DNA of 22,114 bases from Thermodesulfobacteriota bacterium (GTDB lineage: Bacteria > Desulfobacterota > Desulfobacteria > Desulfobacterales > SURF-7). Under the pieces are notes generated by a model. That model was given only the letters and a program-made list of their open reading frames with translations, had not been told where the DNA came from and ran no database searches. The stretch's first letter is position 1, and each line of letters begins with the position of its first letter. Below, piece after piece: positions 8,808-17,076 of the stretch. Made by a program: the position numbers and the translations under genes. The DNA lies in NCBI GenBank assembly GCA_049320885.1, contig JBMORA010000021.1:1-22114 (forward strand), given 5' to 3'.

Positions 8808-10280
8808 ATGAATACCCATTGGCGCTCCTTCGCGCCGATCCTTCTTGGACTGGCCGCGGCCCAACTCCTGTCCACCGGATTCATTGCCTGGAGCAACCAG
8901 GATTATTACCATACCCTGACGGTTCTTGATCAGGCCGGTTACGTAATCGTTCCCAACCGGAACGTTCTGCCGGCGCTCACCACCCTGTCGGCCGCCGCCA
9001 ACGGCGGCCTTTTCTTCACGCTGACCATCGGACTCACCCTGTCACTGGCCGCCGGAGGTCTGGCCATGTCCTTTCGGGGTGGCCCTCGCTCCGGAAAGCG
9101 CATCATCCCCGCCGGCTTCGTATGGCTGCTGTGCATCGGAGCAGCCAATTACAGGGGCATCAACCTGTTTTTCACCGCCCTGCTGCTTATCGTGCCGACC
9201 GCGGTGTTCCTGAGCGCCTTGAAATGGCTTCCCAAATCCTCCCGGGAGCAACGATGGCACGGACTGCGAACCCACGCGGTTTTACTGACGGTATTCACGG
9301 CCATCGTCATCATGAAGGCCGACATGGAACTATTTCTGGAGATTCGCGATCGGCTGCTGCTGTCAACGGAGATCGGTGAAAAGCTGAACGATTTCTACTA
9401 CCGTAACAGTCTGTATTCGGCCAACGCTTTCAAATCCATGGGCCAGTTGCTGATAAAACCCTGCCGGCTGGACTTTCCGGCAACCGCGAACCATGCAAGC
9501 CAGATCCGGAATCAACTGCTTCTCCGGGATTATCTGCCGGTGGAAGCCCATGCCGACATGCATATCCGGATGTCCGGAAGCGACCTGATTTTCCAGCAGG
9601 CCGGGAAGGACGTTCTGACCGCGACCATACGGGATTTTCTACTTCGTCCCCGGGAAATTCTCGATGAATTCGTCCGCAAATGCGACCGGCATGCCTTTTT
9701 CCGAAACGCCACCATGGTTTCGCTGTTGTTTTCAGGCGCCGCCGTTCTATACGCCTGTTGCTGCCTGCCGATTTTCGCGGTTGTAGGCGGCATTCTGCCC
9801 TGGGCCCGAAAAACCCCGGTCCGGGTCGTCCTGTGCAGCGGCGCCGCCGCGGCGTTGCTGTACCTGTTGTCGCCGCCGGGGCATGTCGCGGAACCGGATC
9901 TCACCCGGGCCCTCGCCACGGAAGACCCCCACCGGCGCATCGAAGCGCTGAAACGGGTTCATGACCAGGCCCTCGACATTTACCGCTATGCGCCGGTAAA
10001 CCGGCTGGCGGAAAGCCCGCGAGCCGCCGAACGATACTGGCTGGCCAGGGCCCTGGCCAAAAGTCGCCAACCGGCGGCCCGCGAGGTAATCCTCCGGTTG
10101 CTGGACGACCGGCAGTTCAATGTCGTCTGCATGGCTTACTACGCGCTGGGTTTTCAGGGGAATCCGGGGGATATCCGATCCGTCCTGGAACGGCTCCGGC
10201 GGTCCACGAACTGGTACGAGCAGTGGTATGGTTACCGTACGCTCCGGAAATTGGGATGGATACAAACAACCTCGACCTGA
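8808..10280 (+). CDS. Multi-pass membrane protein with C-terminal HEAT/PBS-like repeats
   Basis: About 7-8 hydrophobic segments and a C-terminal helical repeat region (RRIEALKR, ERYWLARALAK, LLDDRQFNVVCMAYYALG, WYEQWYGYRTLRKLGW). Confidence 0.7.
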   Translation: MNTHWRSFAPILLGLAAAQLLSTGFIAWSNQDYYHTLTVLDQAGYVIVPNRNVLPALTTLSAAANGGLFFTLTIGLTLSLAAGGLAMSFRGGPRSGKRIIPAGFVWLLCIGAANYRGINLFFTALLLIVPTAVFLSALKWLPKSSREQRWHGLRTHAVLLTVFTAIVIMKADMELFLEIRDRLLLSTEIGEKLNDFYYRNSLYSANAFKSMGQLLIKPCRLDFPATANHASQIRNQLLLRDYLPVEAHADMHIRMSGSDLIFQQAGKDVLTATIRDFLLRPREILDEFVRKCDRHAFFRNATMVSLLFSGAAVLYACCCLPIFAVVGGILPWARKTPVRVVLCSGAAAALLYLLSPPGHVAEPDLTRALATEDPHRRIEALKRVHDQALDIYRYAPVNRLAESPRAAERYWLARALAKSRQPAAREVILRLLDDRQFNVVCMAYYALGFQGNPGDIRSVLERLRRSTNWYEQWYGYRTLRKLGWIQTTST

Positions 10281-10897
10281 AAACAGTGGGAATCATCATC
10301 GCCGGCCTGATCCTGACGGAAACAGCCCGTACCATGGCGACAGTCCATCTGACCGCACCGGTTCTGCTCATTCTGGGAGTCACCCGGCTCGTTCAAAGCG
10401 CCATGATCCTGGGCGTCGTATTCGTGCACACCAGGGGGCTTGCCGCCATCGGTCTCCACTCGCGGCAACTTCTGCCGGGGATGAAAATGGGGCTCGTCTG
10501 GTCCGCCGGATTCGGGCTGCTCACCGCCGTCGGTTTCGGGATTCTCCAGCTGCTGGATCTTCACCCCCTTACGCTGTTGCGGGTCTCCCTGCCCGCCCAA
10601 CCCGGCATGCGTGGCCTCTTTTTCCTGGTGGGCGGAATTGTGGCCCCCATCGCCGAGGAAATCTTTTTCAGAGGGATTCTGTATGGGTATTTCCGGCGCT
10701 GGGGCGTGATACCGGCCGTCTGTTTCAGCACCCTGTTGTTCTCCGTGGCACATTCCGGCGTATCCATGGTTCAGGCCAGCGGCGGGCTCCTGTTCGCCAT
10801 CGCCTATGAAATGGAAAAAAAACTGACAACCCCCATGGTGATTCATGCCGCCGGCAATCTGGCCTTGTTCAGTCTTTCCGCCTGGATGTCCGGTTGA
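10256..10897 (+). CDS. CPBP (CAAX/Abi) family intramembrane glutamic endopeptidase
   Basis: Intact motifs APIAEEIFFRG, LFSVAH and IHAAGN in a hydrophobic protein. Probable start ATG 10256 overlaps the upstream gene by 25 nt. Confidence 0.9.
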   Translation: MDTNNLDLKTVGIIIAGLILTETARTMATVHLTAPVLLILGVTRLVQSAMILGVVFVHTRGLAAIGLHSRQLLPGMKMGLVWSAGFGLLTAVGFGILQLLDLHPLTLLRVSLPAQPGMRGLFFLVGGIVAPIAEEIFFRGILYGYFRRWGVIPAVCFSTLLFSVAHSGVSMVQASGGLLFAIAYEMEKKLTTPMVIHAAGNLALFSLSAWMSG

Positions 10898-11088
10898 GAA
10901 GGCCAAACCCCATGTCCGGCCTCGGCGCCAGGCCGGATTGAGCCAGCCGCATGTCAGCTGTTCCAAGGATATCTCCCCGGAATTCTTCCGTCTGTCTTCT
11001 ATCGCCTTTACAAGGGAATTCGGTTCTGGTATTGCGAAATCTCCCCGGTATGATATGGAACAACAGCGAATCGAACCACAGGTGACCA

Positions 11089-12315
11089 ATGCCGGTTTAT
11101 GAATATAAAGCCCTGGATGCAAAAGGAAAATCCATTACAGGGATCATTGATACGGAAAGCGCCGGACTCGCGCGCCAGAAATTGCGCGCATCCAACATTT
11201 TCCCGACGGAAATCAAGGAGCTTTACGCCGGCGCCGCCCGGAAGGGCGGCGGACGGACAGCTCTCCCCGGTATTTTTTCGCGGGTCAGCCGAACGGAAAT
11301 GACCATGATGACTCGGCAGTTATCAACCCTGGTGGGTGCCGGGTTCCCCCTGGTTTCCGCCCTCTCCACCCTGGTGCCGCAGACCAAATCCCAGGCTTTC
11401 CGCAAAATTTTATCGCAAATCAAGGACTCCATCGAAGGCGGCAATAGTTTTGCCGGCGCCCTGTCGCTTTATCCGGAAACCTTCTCCCCGATTTATATCA
11501 ACATGGTGCGGGCCGGGGAATCCTCCGGCACCCTTGAAATCGTCCTGGAGAGATTGGCGGATATCGCCGAAAAACAGCAGTCCCTCAACAACAAGATCAA
11601 ATCCGTGCTCGCTTACCCGGCGGTGATGTCCGTAGTCGCTGCCGGCGTGCTGTTTTTCCTCCTGGCCTACATTGTGCCGCGCATCACCTCCATCTTCACC
11701 AATATCAAACAGGTTTTGCCGTTGCCCACCCGGATGCTCCTGGGCATCAGCTCCGCCCTGAAAACCTACTGGTGGCTGATCCTCGTATTGGCGGCGGGCG
11801 CGGTCATCATCACCCGCCTGATGCACAACAACGAAAAAGGAAGGCGCATGCTGGATCGATTCTGGCTCGCCGTGCCCATTGCCGGCCCGCTGTTACGCAA
11901 GCTGGCGGTGGCCCGCTTTGCCCGGACCCTGGGTTCCCTGCTGGAAAACGGGGTTTCCATGCTGGTGGCCCTGGAGATCGTGCGCAACATCGTCGGCAAC
12001 GTGATCATCGCCGAAACCGTGGAAATGGCGGCCAGGGAAGTGGAAAAAGGCCATGCCCTGGGCAAGGCCATCGAGACCGCGGAAACCTTTCCCTACCTCG
12101 CCATTCAAATGATCCAGGTGGGAGAGCAGTCCGGCGCCCTCGAGACCATGCTCAACAAAGTTGCCGATGTTTTTGAAACCGAAACCGAATCCAGCCTGGT
12201 GGCGCTGACGTCGCTTTTGGAACCCATTATCATTCTCATCATGGGGGTGGTGGTGGCCTTTATCGTGCTGTCCATCATCATGCCCATTATCGAGATGAAT
12301 CAGCTGATCAAATGA
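11089..12315 (+). CDS. gspF: Type II secretion system inner-membrane platform protein GspF
   Basis: MPVYEYKALD..GK...G, TRQLSTLVGAGFPL, MVRAGESSGTL..VLERLAD, YP, ARFARTLGSLLENGV, MIQVGEQSGAL..ML.KVAD, LLEP. GspF/PilC family with GspF-type features. Confidence 0.9.
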   Translation: MPVYEYKALDAKGKSITGIIDTESAGLARQKLRASNIFPTEIKELYAGAARKGGGRTALPGIFSRVSRTEMTMMTRQLSTLVGAGFPLVSALSTLVPQTKSQAFRKILSQIKDSIEGGNSFAGALSLYPETFSPIYINMVRAGESSGTLEIVLERLADIAEKQQSLNNKIKSVLAYPAVMSVVAAGVLFFLLAYIVPRITSIFTNIKQVLPLPTRMLLGISSALKTYWWLILVLAAGAVIITRLMHNNEKGRRMLDRFWLAVPIAGPLLRKLAVARFARTLGSLLENGVSMLVALEIVRNIVGNVIIAETVEMAAREVEKGHALGKAIETAETFPYLAIQMIQVGEQSGALETMLNKVADVFETETESSLVALTSLLEPIIILIMGVVVAFIVLSIIMPIIEMNQLIK

Positions 12316-12403
12316 TGCAGCGCCGGTGTGAATGGAAACCATGCGATGGGAAAAGCGCGGCCCGAAATACTTTTTAACCTTTTTTCAAAAGGAGGTCTGA
12401 AGC

Positions 12404-12808
12404 GTGAAAATACTACAGGAATTCAAGGAATTCGCAGTCAAGGGCAATGTCGTGGACATGGCGGTGGGCATCATCATCGGCGCGGCATTCGGTAAAATCG
12501 TCTCCTCCGTCGTGGGCGACATGATCATGCCGCCCATCGGCATGCTGCTGGGCGGCATGGACTTTACCGACCTGGCTCTCACCCTCAAGGAGGCATCCGG
12601 CAACACACCGGCGGTGGTGATCGCCTACGGCAAATTCATCCAGACCATTGTGGATTTCACCATCGTGGCCTTTGCGATTTTCATGCTGGTCAAGGGCATC
12701 AACACCTTGAAGCGCAAGAAAGAGGAGGCCCCCAAGGAGCCTCCCGAACCCACAGCGGAGGCAAAACTGCTGGCGGAAATCCGCGATCTCCTCAAAACCA
12801 GGCAATAA
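12404..12808 (+). CDS. mscL: Large-conductance mechanosensitive channel
   Basis: [58 protein letters not shown] start with AAGGAGG RBS. Confidence 0.98.
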   Translation: MKILQEFKEFAVKGNVVDMAVGIIIGAAFGKIVSSVVGDMIMPPIGMLLGGMDFTDLALTLKEASGNTPAVVIAYGKFIQTIVDFTIVAFAIFMLVKGINTLKRKKEEAPKEPPEPTAEAKLLAEIRDLLKTRQ

Positions 12809-12817
12809 CCTCGGCCA

Positions 12818-12855
12818 CGGGTATGGAAACCGCTTCACAGCCCTTTCCATACCCG
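12818..12855. other. Intergenic stem-loop (mRNA-stabilising or atypical terminator)
   Basis: 12-bp inverted repeat CGGGTATGGAAA / TTTCCATACCCG with a 14-nt loop right after mscL; no U-tract. Confidence 0.5.
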
Positions 12856-12908
12856 CCGGCGTTCCATGATATCAAGGCAGGACCCCTTGCGGTTTCCGGG
12901 ATTCGATC

Positions 12909-13241
12909 ATGCAGGTTCTGATCAAGACCGCGGTCAGCGTCGCCGTTATCCTGCTGGCGACGGCCGTTGCCAAAAAAGCGCCCTCCATCGCCGGCCTGGT
13001 GGCCGTCATGCCGCTCACCGGCGCGCTGGTGCTGGTCTTTGTGTATCTGGAAAACAAGGGGAACTCGGGCCTGATGCAGACGTTCACCCAAAGCGCCATC
13101 TGGGGAATGCTGCCCACCATGCTCTTTTTTTTCGTTGCGTTCCTGTGCTTCCGGAAACAGCTTCCCCTGCCGCTGGTCTTGATCGCCGGTTTCGGCGCCT
13201 GGTTCCTGGCGGCAATGGTCCATCAATGGCTTTTGCGATAG
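12909..13241 (+). CDS. DUF3147/GlpM-like small membrane protein
   Basis: 110 aa with four hydrophobic segments and the pattern IK..S..VI......AKK.P..AGL.A.MPL...L...YLE...F....WG..P...F. Confidence 0.75.
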   Translation: MQVLIKTAVSVAVILLATAVAKKAPSIAGLVAVMPLTGALVLVFVYLENKGNSGLMQTFTQSAIWGMLPTMLFFFVAFLCFRKQLPLPLVLIAGFGAWFLAAMVHQWLLR

Positions 13242-13263
13242 GCGGTCGCCTGCCCCGAACCCA

Positions 13264-13479
13264 TCAGCCGGACGGCCTGAAACGACGCCAGACCTTGAGG
13301 GCTATCCATATCGGCAATACCAGAACCACCAGCCAGCCAATACCCAGGACCACCGGTTCCAGCCAGGACGGCAGAAGCCCGGAGTGTGGGCCCGCCAGAA
13401 TCAAAACGACGAAAAACGCCGCCGCGGCGATCACCGCAAGTGACAGCAGGTAGGCTGCGATTGTGACGATAATTTTCAC
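13264..13479 (-). CDS. Small two-TM hypothetical membrane protein (71 aa)
   Basis: GTG 13479 preceded by GGGAG. Two hydrophobic helices flank AGPHSGLLP, followed by a basic tail KVWRR. Confidence 0.65.
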   Translation of the reverse strand: MKIIVTIAAYLLSLAVIAAAAFFVVLILAGPHSGLLPSWLEPVVLGIGWLVVLVLPIWIALKVWRRFRPSG

Positions 13480-13561
13480 GAGACTCTCCCTGTTGCAGTA
13501 TAGAACTTGCTCTTGAGCACACCGCTGACCATACACCCTTCAATATGAGGAGACAATCACC

Positions 13562-14371
13562 ATGAATTACACCCAAGCGACGGAAACACTGATCTGGAAT
13601 TTCAGGTTGGATTACGATCCCGTGGGCGTCCGCTTCGTTTTTGATGAAGCGGAAAAAAGTGCGCTCCCGGTAACCCATACCTCCAAGGCCAGATTGTCCT
13701 ACTGCATGTACCTGGCAGCGGCGCGATCGGCCAAACACGCCCTCTTCATGAACCCGAACCGCCTTTTGTGCCCAAACGCCCAGCCCGTATTCGGATTCCG
13801 GGGTCTTGAAAAAGAGACGGATGGGAAAAATCACGAAAAATACCTGATCGACCCCGAACTTTCATGGCAGGCTCCCCGGGAAAAAGAACGGCTTTCCGAA
13901 GGGGTCTGCAAGGGAATCTTCATAGCACCCCTAACCAGTTTCGATGCCACGGATCTTCCTCCAAGCGTCGTGTTTCTGTTGGTCACCCCGTTTCAGGCCT
14001 ACCATATCCTGAACGACTACATGGGAGCCATGAACAGACCCAACCTCACCTTCTTCGCCACGCCCAATTCGGCGGTCTGCTCCGGCACCGTCTATGCCTA
14101 CAATAAAAATTCCGCCAACATGACCACCATGTGCGCCGGTTCCAAGGCCTCGGGAAAAACCGAGATGAACTACATGAACCTGTTCATTCCCGGGGGCCAG
14201 ATCATCCCCACCGTGGAGCAGCTGGTGAAACGGATCGAGACCAAGGGCGGCCCATCCCTTCTGGGTGCAGGCGGCCAGCCCTGGCCCGGTCTGGACGTAT
14301 GTACGGGATGCCCCATGATCAAATTCGAGAAGGTGCGGAAGGAAGTCAGCAAAACCCTGGTCGCTATTTGA
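13562..14371 (+). CDS. DUF169 family protein, Cys-rich
   Basis: N-terminal L.YDPVGVRF, SYCM, LLCPNA, P.VV.L.VTP.Q, SAVCS, TMCAGS. AGGAG RBS. Confidence 0.75.
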   Translation: MNYTQATETLIWNFRLDYDPVGVRFVFDEAEKSALPVTHTSKARLSYCMYLAAARSAKHALFMNPNRLLCPNAQPVFGFRGLEKETDGKNHEKYLIDPELSWQAPREKERLSEGVCKGIFIAPLTSFDATDLPPSVVFLLVTPFQAYHILNDYMGAMNRPNLTFFATPNSAVCSGTVYAYNKNSANMTTMCAGSKASGKTEMNYMNLFIPGGQIIPTVEQLVKRIETKGGPSLLGAGGQPWPGLDVCTGCPMIKFEKVRKEVSKTLVAI

Positions 14372-15389
14372 CCTCGGGCAAAATCTCCGCGGGTTTTGCC
14401 ACAATGGGGACGGGACGGAACATTTCCAGCGAAATGGATTGAATAAAATCCTTGGGAAAATTGAAAAAAGGCGCCGGTTGGTTTACCAGCGGCGGGATAT
14501 CATTGGTCATCATGACATCAAATATGTGGTCATTTTGGGCCCAAATCCGGTTCAGCCAGGTCTGAAATTCCTTTTGGAAAACCGGGTCGCCCGCATAGTC
14601 ACCCAGCAAATTGGCTGTCACGGGGATGCGTTCGATATTGACACGGATTTCCGGGATCCGGCCGCACATGAGATCCCAGATTCGTTTTTTCTTGCCCGGA
14701 TATACAATGACAATATTCAGAATTTCGTCCAGCCTGTCGCCCATGGCGCGCAGCACATACGAAATGCCGCCGGCCTTGGGACGAAGAAGATGGGTGTAGG
14801 TGGATTGCTGTCGAGCATGTTTTTGGGGGGTAAAACGGGTGCCTTCAATGAAATTCATGACCGAAATGGGGGTCTGCTTGAATTTCTCGCAGGCCTTTCT
14901 CGTAATCTCGAGATCCTTGCCTTTCAAATGCGGGTTCTTTTTTAAAAATGACTGGGAATACCGTTTCATGAATGGATAATCCTGGGCCCACCAGACCATG
15001 CCCATCACCGGCACCCACATTAATTCCTTTTTAAGAAAAAATTTTAAAAACGGCACCCTGCCGCGCAAAATGGTCTGCAATACAACGATATCCGTCCAGG
15101 CCTGATGATTTGAAATCACCAGATACCATTTATCGAGGTCGAGGGTCTCCAAGCCCGTCACCTTCCAGGACATGGTATGCAGCAGGCGCATGGTGATCGA
15201 ATTCATCAGAATCCAAAAAGAGGAGATGGTGATGATCTGCCGGGTGCAATATTGTCGCCAGCCCGCATGTGGAATAGTGATTTTCAACAAGGCCACCGTA
15301 AAAAACGGAATACAGCAGAAAAACGTGTTCAGGATGATGGCGATAAAACCGATTATTCCGCGTACGGTGCCGGGCAGAAGTCTAAGCAT
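14364..15389 (-). CDS. yihG: PlsC-superfamily lysophospholipid acyltransferase, YihG-like
   Basis: NHQAWTD (HX4D), KFFLKKEL.WVP..G..WWA.D.PFMKRYS, NFIEGTRFT..KH..Q.S.Y..LLRPKAGG, FQ.WLN..W. Start set to ATG 15389 because the ORF-track extension runs through a terminator hairpin. Confidence 0.88.
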   Translation of the reverse strand: MLRLLPGTVRGIIGFIAIILNTFFCCIPFFTVALLKITIPHAGWRQYCTRQIITISSFWILMNSITMRLLHTMSWKVTGLETLDLDKWYLVISNHQAWTDIVVLQTILRGRVPFLKFFLKKELMWVPVMGMVWWAQDYPFMKRYSQSFLKKNPHLKGKDLEITRKACEKFKQTPISVMNFIEGTRFTPQKHARQQSTYTHLLRPKAGGISYVLRAMGDRLDEILNIVIVYPGKKKRIWDLMCGRIPEIRVNIERIPVTANLLGDYAGDPVFQKEFQTWLNRIWAQNDHIFDVMMTNDIPPLVNQPAPFFNFPKDFIQSISLEMFRPVPIVAKPAEILPEVK

Positions 15390-15422
15390 GATAATCCTGT
15401 TCACCCAAGGAGTGTCATTTAT

Positions 15423-15459
15423 AAAAAGACGGGGTTCGCCCACCTGGGCGAGCCCCGTC
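15423..15459 (-). terminator. Intrinsic terminator-like hairpin
   Basis: Minus strand GACGGGGCTCGCCC-aggt-GGGCGAACCCCGTC-TTTTT: 14-bp stem with one mismatch and a U-tract. Confidence 0.7.
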
Positions 15460-15637
15460 CGAAGCCTCTGCGTGACTACAATCAACCCATTATTTTTTCA
15501 AATTATTTTTGATGGTTTTACAAAAGTTTTACATTTTCAATCGAATTTTAACCCGGATACACAACCGCTATGCATGTGGTGCGAACACTTCCAGACTGAG
15601 AAGGGAGAAAGAAGCTGGGTGCCGTTCGGACAACGTC

Positions 15638-16621
15638 TTACCTCAACGTGCCGATGAAGCAGCCCCCGCCGTTATTTCCTGAAGATTCCGAGTTTTTGGT
15701 ATCAGGGTGACCTCCTGGCGTGATTGCCTCCGTAAATTCTTTCTCTCTCCTGTCAGCGTAAAATATCCCCTGGGTGTCTGGATTGGCCACTCCCGAATGG
15801 TCGAATGCAGGTACAAAATAACGCCTTGTCCCGAGAACCCCTACAACGTATCTCAAATAGGTTTCCTGGTTCTCAAGGCTTGCAACAGCGTTGCCATTAT
15901 CCGGACCGATAGAGGGCCAGCCAGTATGAGTCATTACCGGGCGACCATTCTGAGATGTTATCAACATCATATTATCAAGAAAATAACCAGTTGCATCATC
16001 AATGCCGATCCCGTCATTATACGGATCGATATTAACGATACGATCGTAGCACTCAGCTGAAAGCACAGGATTATCTCGCCACACACGCCAATCTTCGGCC
16101 GTCGTGACCGGTGCGGTTCCGTTCGGCCAGAGATCCGAAATCTCATCTTTTATGTACCTGACTGCTGAGACCAGATCACCAACCGACATAGTGCCATTTG
16201 TAACTGTGTTTGTGCCTGCTATAAAGCCAAGCGCGGTAGCATAACCTGCTCTTGCGACTTCAATCAATGCATCCAGCTGTTCCTGATCGCCGACATCATT
16301 GTTCAATCTGGCAGCGGCATAAAAGAGCAGGCCTTTCTCTTCACATATAGAAGGTATCATGGATAGAACGCCTTCAAGGCCATATATCCTGAGCACAGGA
16401 GATTTGAGATCGGCTATCAGCTGGAGATCCTGCCTTATTTGCTCCTCACTACGGAGCGTTCCATTCAAAAAAGGCTCATATGCCACTCCCTGGACTCCAG
16501 GGATATAGTCGAGGGGTTCTGAAATGGCCTTGCGTGGCATAAGGAAGCGAGGTCCCTCAAACGATAGTCCCAGGGTCAGCAATCCAGCCAGCCTCATGAA
16601 ATCTCTACGTGTTGTTATCAT
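15638..16621 (-). CDS. Tat-exported glycoside hydrolase family 17-fold protein, probably inactive, with a C-terminal GGGCFI tail
   Basis: Tat motif TRRDFMRL. GH17 pattern GVAYEPF...S.EQI..DL....LRIYG, PVTTAE.W..W...P.L, N..PY, TGWPS.G...G.AVASLENQ..Y, AFD. Ends SSGNNGGGCFIGTLR. Confidence 0.8.
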   Translation of the reverse strand: MITTRRDFMRLAGLLTLGLSFEGPRFLMPRKAISEPLDYIPGVQGVAYEPFLNGTLRSEEQIRQDLQLIADLKSPVLRIYGLEGVLSMIPSICEEKGLLFYAAARLNNDVGDQEQLDALIEVARAGYATALGFIAGTNTVTNGTMSVGDLVSAVRYIKDEISDLWPNGTAPVTTAEDWRVWRDNPVLSAECYDRIVNIDPYNDGIGIDDATGYFLDNMMLITSQNGRPVMTHTGWPSIGPDNGNAVASLENQETYLRYVVGVLGTRRYFVPAFDHSGVANPDTQGIFYADRREKEFTEAITPGGHPDTKNSESSGNNGGGCFIGTLR

Positions 16622-16849
16622 TATTATTACAGGTTTAAGATTTCCCTTGATGTAGAGCTTGTGCTTATAATCCTTTTGTTCCCTCAAAAAAGCAGGCCCT
16701 CAACAAAGTACCTATGTGGCGCTGATTAGACAAGATAAAACGATTGAATTCAAGTTAATTGTGTGACAGCTCTCTACCTATAGCTACTACCGCCCCCGAA
16801 TAGCGAATGCGATTGCACTGGCCAGCGACGCCAATGACTGAAAATAGGC

Positions 16850-16879
16850 TTGACCGTTAATAAGAGATATTGGTATGAT
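16850..16879 (+). promoter_or_regulatory. Putative sigma-70 promoter with extended -10
   Basis: TTGACC (16850-16855), 18-nt spacer ending TGG, TATGAT (16874-16879). Confidence 0.6.
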
Positions 16880-16946
16880 AAATTTATCATTTTGATGATT
16901 AAAATGATAAATTTTATGACTATCAATGATTATTAATCATACCAAT
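16869..16946. promoter_or_regulatory. Array of palindromic operator-like sites, probably GntR/FadR autoregulation
   Basis: ATTGGTATGAT (16869) and ATCATACCAAT (ending 16946) form an outer inverted repeat. It contains the perfect palindrome ATGATAAATTTATCAT (16875-16890) and further ATGAT/ATCAT half-sites. Confidence 0.65.
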
Positions 16947-16974
16947 TAACAATTTGCGGGAGGGGGATGATGTC

Positions 16975-17076
16975 ATGGCAGATAAAAACAGAACCCAATC
17001 CATGGATTATGCAGAATGCTTTTGGGACAAAACGTTATGGGAAAACAGGCCCGGACCAAGACGGCATAAGCCATGA
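16975..17076 (+). CDS. Putative 33-aa leader ORF coupled to the GntR gene
   Basis: GGGAGGGGG upstream. MADKNRTQSMDYAECFWDKTLWENRPGPRRHKP ends in an ATGA overlap with the GntR start. Confidence 0.35.
   Translation: MADKNRTQSMDYAECFWDKTLWENRPGPRRHKP

Noticed and set aside
15508..15528. TTTGATGGTTTTACAAAAGT, resembling short repeat or MITE ends I recall from Desulfobacterales, with a loose inverse at 22076-22093
   Set aside because: Single degenerate copies with no paired end and too many mismatches to support.
15578..15632. Possible attC after the GH17-like gene (TCCGAAC...GTTCGCA on the minus strand)
   Set aside because: Inner pairing is too weak and spacer lengths are irregular.
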